A stretch of 60,140 nucleotides of DNA, filler included, from Catajapyx aquilonaris (Eukaryota): NCBI GenBank assembly GCA_000934665.2. It is 2 parts of 2 records of this genome, joined end to end, with 100 filler letters (N's around TTAATTAATTAA, not from the genome) between each part and the next. Parts side by side here need not be neighbours in the genome. Positions count along the whole stretch, not along the records: positions 30,068 to 60,140 come from JYFJ02004712.1; 1 more part is not named here. One strand, written 5' to 3'. Position 1 is the first letter of the stretch. Each line of letters starts with the position of its first letter. The notes beneath the pieces are model-generated. The model was not told the DNA's origin. It searched no databases and was given only the letters and a program-made list of their open reading frames with translations. The translations under genes were made by a program, and so were the position numbers. Shown in pieces: positions 35,901 through 48,300 of this stretch.

Positions 35901-38900
35901 TATTTTTTGTAGCACGTTGATATATGTTATCTGCGCAATTCGTGGAAACATTTTTGAGCTACGTGGAAAAATAATCTCTACTCGTGAATAGATAGTGTGA
36001 CAATTATTTCTAATTTAGCTCGCATACTACACTTGTAGATGTAAGTGGCCATTATTGGTAGTAATTTTACTGCCAGGTAAACAAGGTGTTTTACCATTTT
36101 AGATTGTCCAACAATACAGAACCAAGAGCCGGTATCTCACTGCATTGTGTTCACATTGTATTATAAATGGTGAAGGGAGCATTAAATGTGAAAGGTCCAT
36201 TACTCACTCAATTTTCGAATACCCGGTAATGGTTTCCGCGATACGGGGAAATTTATCAAGTATTAATTTCAAACCCGTAATGAATTGCAGGAGGCCATAA
36301 CTTAAACGCAGTTTCTAGTTCATACCAAAATGATGTAGCGGAATATTATGACCTCGCCTCACGAAGCGTTTTCAATTAACTTCAGTTCGTTTCCCAAGTC
36401 AAGGACTTCTGCGAATATTGCCATTTTTTTGTGCGAGTATGTCTTCTCCAAACGGAGCTCCATCACACATCTGCATATACTCTCTCAACATTGTCCTTCA
36501 CTTCGGCGCATTATTAAAACGAGTGTCTGTTACTCCTGATGCTAATTTACGTCCCGTCTTTATGCGCACTAATGATATAGAGCTGCTATGGCAACAACAC
36601 CTGTTTTTTTCGAAGCACCAGGATGGACCTTAATTTACGACCTGATGTACCATTTTTTAAATCGGCTATAAGGAAAACGGTGCTGGCCACGAAGTCAATC
36701 TCACCTTCACCTGAGGCCTCTGGGTAATTCCCAGCAATATCGGCCTTGAACTGCCGATAGACACCTTTTTATGCGACTATACGTTGCCTGTATGTCGCCA
36801 TGTCAGTTTCATTCATACCCAAGAGGAACCTCGATGTTCTGTAAAGTTTAAGTGAAAGTGAGTAGTGGAAGGGAATGGTCCAAGACTGACCTTATGGTGT
36901 GGCAACAGCAGAGTCACGACTCTAATGGAAAAGATGGTTGCTGGAGATGAAATTGACAGGGGGATGACCCATATTATTAGATACGCACTGTAGGTAGAAA
37001 GTTAACGGTACGCAGGCAGATACTGTACAGTTGATCACCTTGAGTGCGGCCAGAGGACATTTTCTTGTCATGCCCTGGTGTCGTTGGGGAGGCAACGAGC
37101 AGCCTCATCAGGTCACACATGAACTTGGCTTGGGTTGTAATGGGGGTGAAGCTGGACTATATGCCCGGCTATAAAACGGCACTTACTCGGTTGGATGTAA
37201 TTTCCTCGCACAACACTAGAAAAAAAAGGACACAGAGAAAAAAGGCACTAGCTATATTTAATGTATAGCACTTTAATTAATGTACAGTGTATGTTATTTC
37301 TTAGTTCTCATATGCGCATTACTTTAATTGGGTCATAATAATGTTATTTTATATCCGCCAGCTGTTTATGCGCTACAGACTGAAAAGTTTGAGCCCCGTT
37401 GAATTCAATATGCTCTGAAACACACGAACATGTACGGACACATGTGATGCGTGACGAGTCAATTGAAAGAGTTCGGTCAGTTGATTCCACCTGTGCGCTT
37501 CAACTTCCGGAATTTATACGCTGGATCACATGTGCCCCTTGTGATATCTATCTCTGAATGCTATGCAGGGGTGTTACATAACTCACCAAAAAAAATGTAG
37601 GGAGAGCCCAAATCAGACATGTGCACAAAAATGAGTCGGAAATGTCGGTTCCTGGTTCCGGGGGATGACAATGAGAATCCTCTCCACACTTGCGTCACAG
37701 CATTCCGACTATCACACAAAACTCCTTTGTTTCTGAAATGCCCATATCTCAATGCACATGGCGTCACCACTTTTGTACTAGCACATTCCTCGTTTGTTTC
37801 CAAGATTCCTCATTTGGTTGGCGCAGGGTGCTACCGTCGCTTTTTTTTATTTGGCATTGTGTGTTTATTTAGTTATTGGTTTTATGGGCGAAAATCAACG
37901 CTGCAATTTTACATTTATGCTAATGGATCAAGTGGGCATGAATTGTTGAAATAATAATGGTATGTTTTATGCAGCATGTGGGATGCACACTGGCTTTTAT
38001 AGATTTCCTTCAGTGCATTCCCATTGTGATCATTGCACGCTCATGCTTGGATAACTTGAGAACTTGAAAAAAATGGCTACATTGACCTCGCAGTTAATGG
38101 AAATAAACGGAGCCTGGAAAAGGGGAAGTGGCCGCAATAATGAGAAGAAAATTAGATAAATCGACGCATTAGCCCATTATTAATTCTTAGCGACAATACA
38201 CACATTTTTTTCCAATCCCAACCACCAACAGGTAACATATTTGTTTCCCTGGTCGCCCAGAATTAATGGCACGTCCCCACAAATCTGGGTTCGGGTCAAC
38301 ATGGCTCACGCGCAAATATTGACTTGTAATGTGGAAATAGCATGTATATGCCCCGCCCGGGAATCCGATTACACCACTTGTTGCGAAAATTTCCCATTAA
38401 TTCAAATGGCGCCCCATGCTGCGATTCAAATTGGAAAAAAAACTAGGGTGGGTAGAAAAATATGTGAGCCACTTGAGAGGCTAATTAATACATCTTCATT
38501 TGTTCCTAGCTCGGTTTTGGAGAGAGGCGCCGGCGCCTTTATTCGCAATGGGGGTATGGATCCGCGGGCTACCATAACCCGTCTCATTTATCAAAACTCG
38601 GCGAGAAGGGTGTGACGTGAACCTAACCCGCCAAGTTTCAACGTTGAAACTTGGTTCCACACCCATAGGATATCAGAGGTGACGAGGAAGTGTAACGGTG
38701 GTGCCGTGTGTATAGGGTACCGCGAGTCTGGAAAAGCGTAATTAGCCCTAATGGTCAGACGCCCCTTTGCGAGCTGTGGTTGGGAGAGGTCAGCTTTTGC
38801 GAGCTGGGTTTCCCAGGAAGATGCGATATTAAATCCTGTCAGTGCGAGGATGGAATGAGATTTTTTTAAATGAAATTTTGAAAATGTATGTGCTGTTCAA

Positions 38901-41900
38901 AATTTCATGACGAAAATTCTAAATATTGCCACAAATAAATGAGTAAAGAATTTTCACTTCAAAGTAGCGCACTGAAGAAACAAACCTCAACCACGGAAAT
39001 CGATGTCACAGCCTGAATCACTGGTACATACGAGGTAAATTGTGTGGGAAACCCAAAGGGCATTGTCACCTGAGTAGAATGGTGTCTCCCGAGTCAATCT
39101 CGGTTTGTTGATCCTGACTGCGTTCTTCCCACCGACAGTGTCTCAAGATTTGATTTACCTGGAAGCAAGCGTGGTCCTTTGCTTTCGATCTTCCCAAGTA
39201 GAGTGCAAGTCCTTCTTGGGTTTCCCACCCACCCACCCCCACTACTAAGGAGCCGCCACTCTTTCTCAGGTTAATTCGATTGGAAGGTTGGGCCAGGTTG
39301 ATGCCATTTCGGTTTGACATTTCGTGGGTGGAAATCTCGCGGAAGTGCCACTCTATCGTGTGGCCTTCTAGGCGGTCCGCGAGATACGGTATCCAGCCAT
39401 CACTCGTTTAATGAGTAATGGATCAACGTAATCCGAGGTCCTCATCACCAAGAGGGAAACTAATACAGCAGATTGTGCTGAGTTGGTTAGGGAAGGCAGT
39501 GAATTTCCTCGAGTGTCATGACTGGCATGGAGGGGGATGGAGAGGAATAGGGAGGTGGGGGGCAACGCCAGCAGGATCTGGTAATTGAAGCACTGGAATT
39601 TGGCAGCTGCCTGGGTTTGTAAATGTTGACAATTCCCCGGCCCTCACGTCGGGTGAGCATTATGACGCCAGCGACGACTTACAAACCTGCCTGGAATCTT
39701 GGCAGCAGGCACGTAACACTCTGCTAACGAGCTGTTGCAAATCGCCTTAGCAAGTCAGCTAAGTAAACTTTCTAGGGTAGCAAAACCGCCTGTTTTCTCC
39801 TTCTGCATCGTCACAGCAGGATTCAAATTCAGACAAGACGCGGTAATTGGGCTGCATACGACTATACCCAATTGGAGTAAAAATTTCTGTGATAGAACTT
39901 TGCGAAGTGACAGCCCAACAGCCAATAGGAATCGTCGCTGCTCTTTACTCCTATTGGTAGCTCAGTTGAGCGGTAGTGTCCGTGTATATCACAGGTCTCG
40001 TGTCCCTTATAGGACTTTAATAGTGCATCAGCGTGTAATCTGCCGTCGGCACAAGAGCAAATACCATGAACCACGCGAGCTGAGTTATACTGAGGACATT
40101 TCCTTTCCATTGGGCAGCCACGGGCAGGGGAATCTCCGACTGGAATCCGGGGTCGCATGTTTCCTTTTGCGGAGCAGTATGACCTCCAGCAAAGAGCATG
40201 TGGTTGACCAACTCTGTGCTCTTCAGATTAAGTTAGGTTGTTCATATAGGGCCTAATTTAAATATTTATGTGTGCACTCTAGAGCTCTGATTATGTTACA
40301 GTACTGGTTGGGCAACTCTTTGACCCAATTAATTTGATCAAGTGTCTAGCCGACAACAATACTCAAGGATGCAACAGGGATTGACATGACTGGGTGTGCG
40401 GAAGGCCAAATCAGACCACGAGGCGGGGCGTCAATTGGGATAATGAGTCTAAGTAAGAGTGATAATTGAGGGAGTGCTCGGGTAGGGGGGGGTGTATTTC
40501 CCTCTTGGTGATTGCGTGGGGTTTGAAGCATGGACCGTACAAATGATGCTGGGACTCCCTCTGGCTCCCTTGCCAAATGGAAGGCGTAACCTGGAGCGAG
40601 AGAAGGTAATTCCTTAGAGTGCATCCGGGCAGGATTCGATCCGGTTCATTTGGACCTAGTCTTGTCTTGCGGGAAAGGGAAAAATTGGGAAGGGATTACA
40701 CACCGCAATTTATTTTTGCGCATTTTTTTGGAGGGGGCTGGACGGATCTGACTATACGAGCATATACGTTTCAAATGCGAGAGTTGGGCCGGAATTATTG
40801 GGTTTAAGGCACGGGAGGATAGGGTATAGGGAGTTTCCGATGAATAATGGCATAATGCTGCCATCACACGATCCTCATTAAAAAAGTATGGCACAATGCA
40901 TTACCAGCAACAGGCAAATGTGTACTCGTAATAGGGAAATGTGAATAGATGTGAAATCACATTTGGATGTTGCAGTAGGGTCTATCAGAAGCTTTGTGCC
41001 CATCCCATTGATTTCAAAGTTACGTATTCTCTTACTTTGAGTCGATCCAACATTCTGTGACAGCCAGTTGCCTCAATGCAAAACATACCCCCAATGAATG
41101 AGTGATTTGTACTGAACCCCACTTGCGGTACATCCGAGAGAGCAACATATTCGCGTGAAAGTTTTTCGGATTGGCATCATGTAGGTGATCTGGATGCTCG
41201 TTGAGGTGTGCATTGGGGCTAATAACGTGGGGATGTGAAACGGTCGACTGGCACGAATGGGGGCAGCCGAAGGTCAAGAGCGCCGTTGCTTGGTTGGAGA
41301 AACCCAACATGTATACCCAGGATAAGTTTCCCGAGGAGCATGGGAAAGGGCATGTACCGGACACTCGGACCACGATACTACCGATAGATGAGAAGGAAGG
41401 AAGGAAGGAGAGCGGAACTGGTCTCCCATCCTTCACCCCGTACCACTGACTCAACCTCTCTTTGTGTCCAGGTCCCCCCTTCTAACAATTCTAACAAAGG
41501 ACCACCGACCAATAATCTGTACCCGGCTCTTTTTTTCGCCATGTTTTGTTTGCAAGCAGGCCAACCGCCGTTCCAGTTTGTTATTCATGTGCCTACAGTA
41601 GCACATTTCAGCACGGAAATGGTGTCATGCTGATGGGGGTATATAGGCAGCATGCTCTGACATTGAGGTACGCGGTGCCAACCCTGTAACACTGATGTGG
41701 CTGGACTAGTCATCTTGCTGGAAACATGCCACAGCTGTACCATTGTTGCCAATGTTATTTTAAAGAATCTGGCATATTCAATTTACATATCTGAGAAGCA
41801 ATGCATGGCTGCAGTTGGTATCAGTGCTGACCACTGTTCTGGCTGACATGCAAATTACGTTTACAGTTTCCATTCAGTAGGGTTTTACCTCCACCGCAAA

Positions 41901-44900
41901 TTTTTGCACGTGCACACCCCGTATACTCTTTGTTTGATTCAGGAATCACAGTGCCAGCTCAATGTCAAGTTTGGGAACTACAGTTTGTACAGGGTAAAGT
42001 GATACCAGATTTACTCATCCAGGTGGACCGAATTTTTAGCACAAAAATGTTCCATCGCCATAATTGATTGGAAGGTCACGTTCCTGTGTCAATGTCTGGG
42101 AAGTCACGGGCCGATCGGCAAATGGCGAATGTGGCTTTAGCAAAAAGGTTCGTTCGTGGGGGGGGTTTCTCTACTGCCATACCCCGGCTTTAGAGATTCG
42201 AGGCACGTGTGACGAGGGAGCATGGGGCCATGGCAATCACGGCCACGCCAGACACTCTTGGGACTTGACGATGACGGCTCTTTTGGGAGCACCCCCACTG
42301 TTCCTCTTCACGCTTTCGCTTCTACGCAATTCCGGTACATCCGCACAAATTTACCAATGCCCTCCCATGGTGCCAACTAGTAATGGCACATTTCCTGGTA
42401 GAGTTTAGTGTTTATTTGGCGGGGCCGCAACCCGGTGGCCATTGCTAAATAGACAGGGTCATTGCTATATAGGACCAGGCGCATGCTCGGTGCCCAATGG
42501 TGCGACCTATGAGATCAGCAATTAGCCTACTTTTTGGGGGTTCGAAGTTAGTTTCTGGCCAACTTGAACTGAAAGCAATTACAAAAATTAAGTAAGGCTA
42601 AGTTCTTTTTCGGGAAAAGTTGGTGCTTTCAGTCAGCCGGGTTGATGTCCCCAACTACATGACAACCAATAAAGTACCCGCCCCACTTTAGTTCGATTTA
42701 ATTATCCGCAGTTTCCGAACTTTAAGTTACTAATAAGGTTTTTAAAATCCCCAGAATAAGTAACTGAAACTTGCTGTTATGGGACTATAAACACGCTTTA
42801 AGCCCTAGGCTCTGTGTTTAAAAGTGCGTCAGATGGCTCCGACGCGTAGTTGGAATAGTCTCCCAAGTTTGTAAGCGAAAGAGTGGCATCCATCCTACCC
42901 CTTGACCCCGGAGGGCTGGGGCCAACATGTAGAGTAGCCGTGGTAATGGTTCTGGCAAGCTGATTAGAGGAAAGTGTGTGTGTGCGAGCAAAGCATCGAT
43001 CCAACAGCACCTAGGGTCCTAGGCCTTGGTTTGCATCCTGGTCTTAATCCACCTTGTTAGTTACCACCATTATGATCATTTTTTGGGGGGAGATGCTCTG
43101 GGTGCATCTAACGCACCATGGGCTTTTCTGCTTCCTGAGAGACAAAAGTGGGCTTCAGGGAATATTGTTGGAGCACGTCTGGGTGCTCGGCCATTGTTGA
43201 CTGGAGTTTGCACAAATTAATTATGCGCGTGCCCTGCGGTGGACACGCTCGAAATTGGCGACGTGATTAAGACCCACGTTCTGATTGGTCGAGGTGCGTC
43301 AAAAGCTAATTTTTATTAATGTTTACTTTATTAATTAATTCGAACGTATGTCAAGTTCAAACAATATTTGCCCTCAAAATATATATATTTTTTTGGATCG
43401 AGTAGGCCTACATCATTAGCAGACCTACCATGCTAATATTGTTGCCATTGTACCAAGAATCAAGGGGCATATTAGTGCCAACAGCGCAAATTCCATGGCA
43501 AGTTATTGTTCGGATAAGTGTGCCACTGGCCTTCCTCATAGTTTTTGCATACATTTGCGTGCCTGGGTCATGCCCGTCCGGAAGTTCATCTGAACATGAC
43601 AGCCCCCGGATTTTTGTATTATTTTTTTTAGGAAAAAAAAGTTTTACCGAACCCGTAATGGGCTGGCCTTTTAAAGTGCTCCTATGCAGTCACAATGTAT
43701 AGCACCGGCCTTTTGTCTTAAAATTGCCGGTGCCACACCGCTTGTGGAAACGTGTCCAGGAGGCTAATTAGTAGCCGCTCCACGATAGATCCTTCACGTT
43801 CAAAAGGGGGGTTCCCATTTGGGTCTGCAGATCGATCACTGAGAGTAACAACCTGCATGCGACATCAAGACCTGTCAATCCCTCCCATTTTGCAACAAGG
43901 AAGAACCATGGTTTGACTAAATGGCCCAACGGGCTTCCGGAATTTCCGACCTGCACGCACATGGTACACACGCATATGGAGCACACCCGACGGAAATGTG
44001 CCGCTTTCCCATATCCACTAAAGTCTGAATGTCACCGCAGTCCTGAAGGCATATGGGGATTTGATGTCCTGGTGGTGTAAGTCCGCCTGTTATTGACGGC
44101 AGCCCTCAGGGAGGAAGGATTTGTCGATATATAAAAATGCAATCAATAAGCACTTTGCATGTTCTCACGTGATTTTTTATGTTAGCGCGACGGGGTACCG
44201 TGCAGGGTGCGGTATGTCATGAAGGATAGCGTGCACCTGAGCGTAATTATCGCACTTGTTTGTATGATTTGACGGGCGGTTAATTGCTGCTTACGACTTA
44301 ACTTGTTAATTTCACACAGTGTGGTACTGGTAGACAACAATTAAATTTTTTCACAACAATAAAATACTAAAATTTGTGTTTCAATAAATATCCAATCGAC
44401 ATGGCGGTAGCTAATACTTCTGGCCACTACTTCAAAAAAAAGTGCGAATCACGTCCCATATCGCCATATTTTGGCAAAAGTGTGGAGGTGTTTTTCCGGC
44501 TCCGAAAAATATTGGAAACGCATTAGCCTGATGGTATTCCCAGGTTTCTCCGTTATTGCCAACCCAAGCCCGTATCCGGCATCCAAACCGCAGGTCAGGT
44601 GACCTCAGTATCCGACCCCTTGCAAATCCCACAAAACCCATCTCTCCCGGTCACCGTCCGACAAAACACTTGCTTTGCGGGCAAATTCAAGAGTTCAAAG
44701 CGAGCAAATTAAGGGAAAAGGAGAAACTCCTAGAGGAGTGTCTAAAATTTTCCTTTGTTTGACCGAGGATCGTGCTGCTGGTGTACAGTTAGGACTTGGC
44801 AATGCTATCGGCATCCAGTTCTCCAGTCCTGCTGCCTGGAGTCTGGAAGCATAGAAAATACACAAAAGGAAGGCGTGGAAGGAGAGGGAAGGGGGGATGG

Positions 44901-45119
44901 GGGGGGGGGGGGNGTAAAATCCCGGACCCTTGCTGAGAGCCAAAAGCTGCCGGCATTCAGATGGAAATGGATCGAAGCGTATTGGAGATAATGGATTTAG
45001 TAGGGGGAATGCAGTAGGGGGAAGTTCTCCCCTTTTCCAGCTTTTCACGTTTATTTTGTAGCTTACCCACTGTACATATCATTCGTGGCTGTATAAACAT
45101 TGTTGTAACATGCGACATG

Positions 45120-45209
45120 CTGCGCGCGACCGCCATGACACTTCACGTCAGCTGCGCGGCGACGCGACGCCGCGCAGCTGACGTAAAGTGTCATGGCGGC
45201 CGCGCGCAG
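45120..45209. repeat. GC-rich hairpin, 42-bp arms (2 mismatches), 6-nt loop
   Basis: 45120-45161 pairs with 45168-45209. Confidence 0.9.
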
Positions 45210-45250
45210 TAAGTGCTGACTTACTGTATGTGTACCGTTTTTGGTCGAAA

Positions 45251-45336
45251 CTAATCGCTTGCTTTCTCTTCAGTTACAGGTACGTGGCGAAAGTATTACA
45301 AGGGGGGTGAAAGGGATGGGACATGCTGTGGTAAGT
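45251..45336 (+). other. Candidate short exon or recursive splice site
   Basis: CTAAT branch-point-like motif (45251), pyrimidine tract, tandem acceptors CAG (45273) and CAG (45279), immediately GTACGT, then a consensus donor GTAAGT at 45331. Confidence 0.5.
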
Positions 45337-48300
45337 GCCTGTTTCTTTTTTTCTTGCTGAGGATTTTCTTTGTGCCGAGGGTGTACGGAAGCCGTTAAGG
45401 CCATTTTGCAGTAAGAGTGACGATTTGAGTTGGAAAAAAGGAGGGGTTGCTAGTTGGGGAGGGAAGATTCTGGGAGCGGATCTTTTTCCCTTTCTCTGGA
45501 CTTCCTTTTTGCCGAGTCACAATGGAGCTTCCCGTGCTTTGTGCAGAACCTAACCTGAATGCACGTAAGTGACCTGGTTAGAGAGCGCATTTCGGCAACT
45601 TGGAAAGGCCCGCCTCCAGAATGTTTTTTTTTTTTGTCTTTTTCTCATTAAGTCACTGGTCTAACATGCAGTCCCAAAATGGCCGGCCTCAATTGAGACG
45701 GTCAGTGATTTTTAATGACTGGTTGGTGCAATGTAGCCAGCTCATAGCCAAATATGTGCAATTGCGCGAAGAAGCCGGATTTTCTTAGAAATTTCCGACA
45801 TATCGCACTTTTTTTTTTTTGCATGCGATTGTAATACTTAACGGATTTGTGCCCCCAGCCCGTCGGCGGATCTCGTACATCCCATAAGTGAGAGGAAAAT
45901 GGCGAGAGATGTGCGGAGGGAAAGGCATACTTTATTCATCTCCAGGGATATTACAACCATGCGCCTTTTTTGCGAGAGGTTTTTCGGGCGTTCGCTATAC
46001 TCGAGAATTTTATGCAATTTTTGTGTGCGAGAACAGTGCGTTCAAAGGGTTCATAGCAAACCTCGGCATAATATATGTAGTCAGTGCGCCAAAATTTAAT
46101 ATTGACCATGGCACTTGCATGTAACCCCATTTAAAATTCGCAGGTAATTTCGTAGTAATTGCAGGTTTTTTTTTCAATTTTAGTGCGTATTATTGCCATC
46201 CTTATCACTATGGTCCAACCTCAGGTAGTCCTTTTCTCATAGGGGTTTTGCGTGTCCCAAGTGCGTGACCAAGGTCAGGAGGGCGTGTATAAAGGAGGTT
46301 GAGGAGGAGAAGTGGTGGTTTCTTTTCAGTGTTTGAACCCCCTCCCCTCCCCCCCCCCCCCCCAAGCAAAGNATGAGGGGGGGGGGGGTTATGGAAGGAT
46401 GTAGGGGACGGGGAGAGACCTGGATGAAATTTATGGCCGCAATCAGGCAGCTCGCTTTCCAATATTGCAAGGCTTCATCACGGCAAGGAACGCAATTTGG
46501 AACCAGGGGGTGGGGCTCCATAAATCGAGGACCCCTCACGTTCCAGTGTCTTGGCCGCTCTTTTTTTTCTTCTTGTACGTCCAGAAGTCCACGCCAAATC
46601 GCCTTCAGCCATGTGTTTTATTCGAGATCGCTTAATTTTTTTGTGCCATTTTGCAAATATCGTCTCTGATTGGACTGGGTGGGGAAAAAAACTGTTTTGG
46701 GCAAGGGTGAATATTGGAACAAGAAATTACATATGCACTGTTGCCATTTTTTTCAAGTACCTGAGCAGTGAACCTTTGTAAAAGCAATAACGTACAGAAA
46801 TAGGAGCGATTAGTCACGTTTCTCTACATGAAAAGGGGAACGAGTCCGGTTCGAATGGTTGCCATAATTACGTTCCTTGCAGCGAAGCTGTCTGCCAGAC
46901 ATTTCGAACTATTACATTTAGCAACGGCATAGATGGTAATCGCCTTATCTTATTCACCGCTTCCTCGCGAATCGCAAGATGGCAGTAATTCGGTTAAGAT
47001 TCCGTGACGCAATTATTTTTGCCGCGAGCTGTCACACCAGTTTTTTTTACATGGCGGCCTTGAAAATCACCAGTCCCAACCACCTTACCACACCTGATTT
47101 AAAAGAAAGAAAAAAAAAAGTGTTTCCAACCCTGCACTTAATTTTTGCGAATTTTTCCCCAGGACCATGCGAGCAAGGTACTGGTTTTAGGAAATATTGT
47201 CCTAATTAGGCGGAAACAGGTTTAGTCTGGAAGAAAATTTTCTCTTTTCCGCAGCCTTCAGCTAAAAAGTTTTTTGTTATTTTTTGGAGGGAGATATATT
47301 GTGGTGATGTGGGATTTAGGTGATTCATGGTCATGCACGTCATGCGAAATATACAGGGTGTTCATTATTCTTGGGAGGTAATACTCTCGACTTGATTTTA
47401 CCCTTCAAGGATGGTAATAGCAGGTACTACTTGATGTGCATTTCCTTGTCGAGTACATCACTATTATGCTGTAATGATTCGTGATTGTGCAAAGATTGGT
47501 TTCGCAACTTCTCGTACCATCCAGTGCCAAGTTCATGGATTATGCCTTGATTTTCAGGTATTTTATAGAGCAGGAAAAAAAATTATTGAACTCTGGGATA
47601 TTTTTGCAAGTATGGCGTGAGAAATGGGAGAATGACATTGAAGGTCGAAAACAGGTTGTGTCATGGCAAAAAAGGGAGAAAAAAGTAGAAAAAAAGAGAG
47701 ACTGGGGGAAGGCGTGCGTGCGGATAGGGAAGAATGGACTCTGGCCGGGGAATGTGGGCTGCCCCGATGCACAATCCACGCCATGACCTCAGGAATCCAA
47801 ACTTCCACGTCCTCATCCTGGGAATTCTAGAGGGAGAGTAAAAAAAAAAAAGAGAGAGAGATTCACAAAAACAGAAATGTATAAAAGTAGTTTTAGAATG
47901 CATTTCCTGAAATTTCACATGCTGAAGCAAGTCATTATGCAAACCTGCAGTGCTCTGGATTTTTTTTGGGAGGGAATATAAAAATGGGATACAGATCTAC
48001 TTTGAATACTGTAATTATGGTGACATGCGACAGTGTATATTAAACTCATTATCTCAGCATGTAGGTATGTGTAATTAGAGCTTTGTTATTCTGTAAATCG
48101 GCTGTGCTAGTGGATTTGATATGCCAACCCACATTTCCACTGAGAGTTATATTAAACCGTACGTCATCATAAAAGAGGATTATTTAAAAAAATATACAGT
48201 GCTTGTTAAAATCAGTTGCAATTTTCAATATTCCCAGCATGTTGTGGCGTACAGTGCAGGCAGTCATTAAAAAAAATTGCAGTGATATGTTGACGTTTCG

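Noticed and set aside
39735..40256. 173-aa ORF (likewise 55966..56487 and 41201..41449)
   Set aside because: No recognisable domain, atypical composition and no convincing splice or start context; expected by chance.
36060..48070. Other AG|GT junctions (~36076, ~46143, ~47558, ~48064) as recursive splice sites
   Set aside because: Weak pyrimidine tracts or donors and no downstream consensus donor at cryptic-exon distance.
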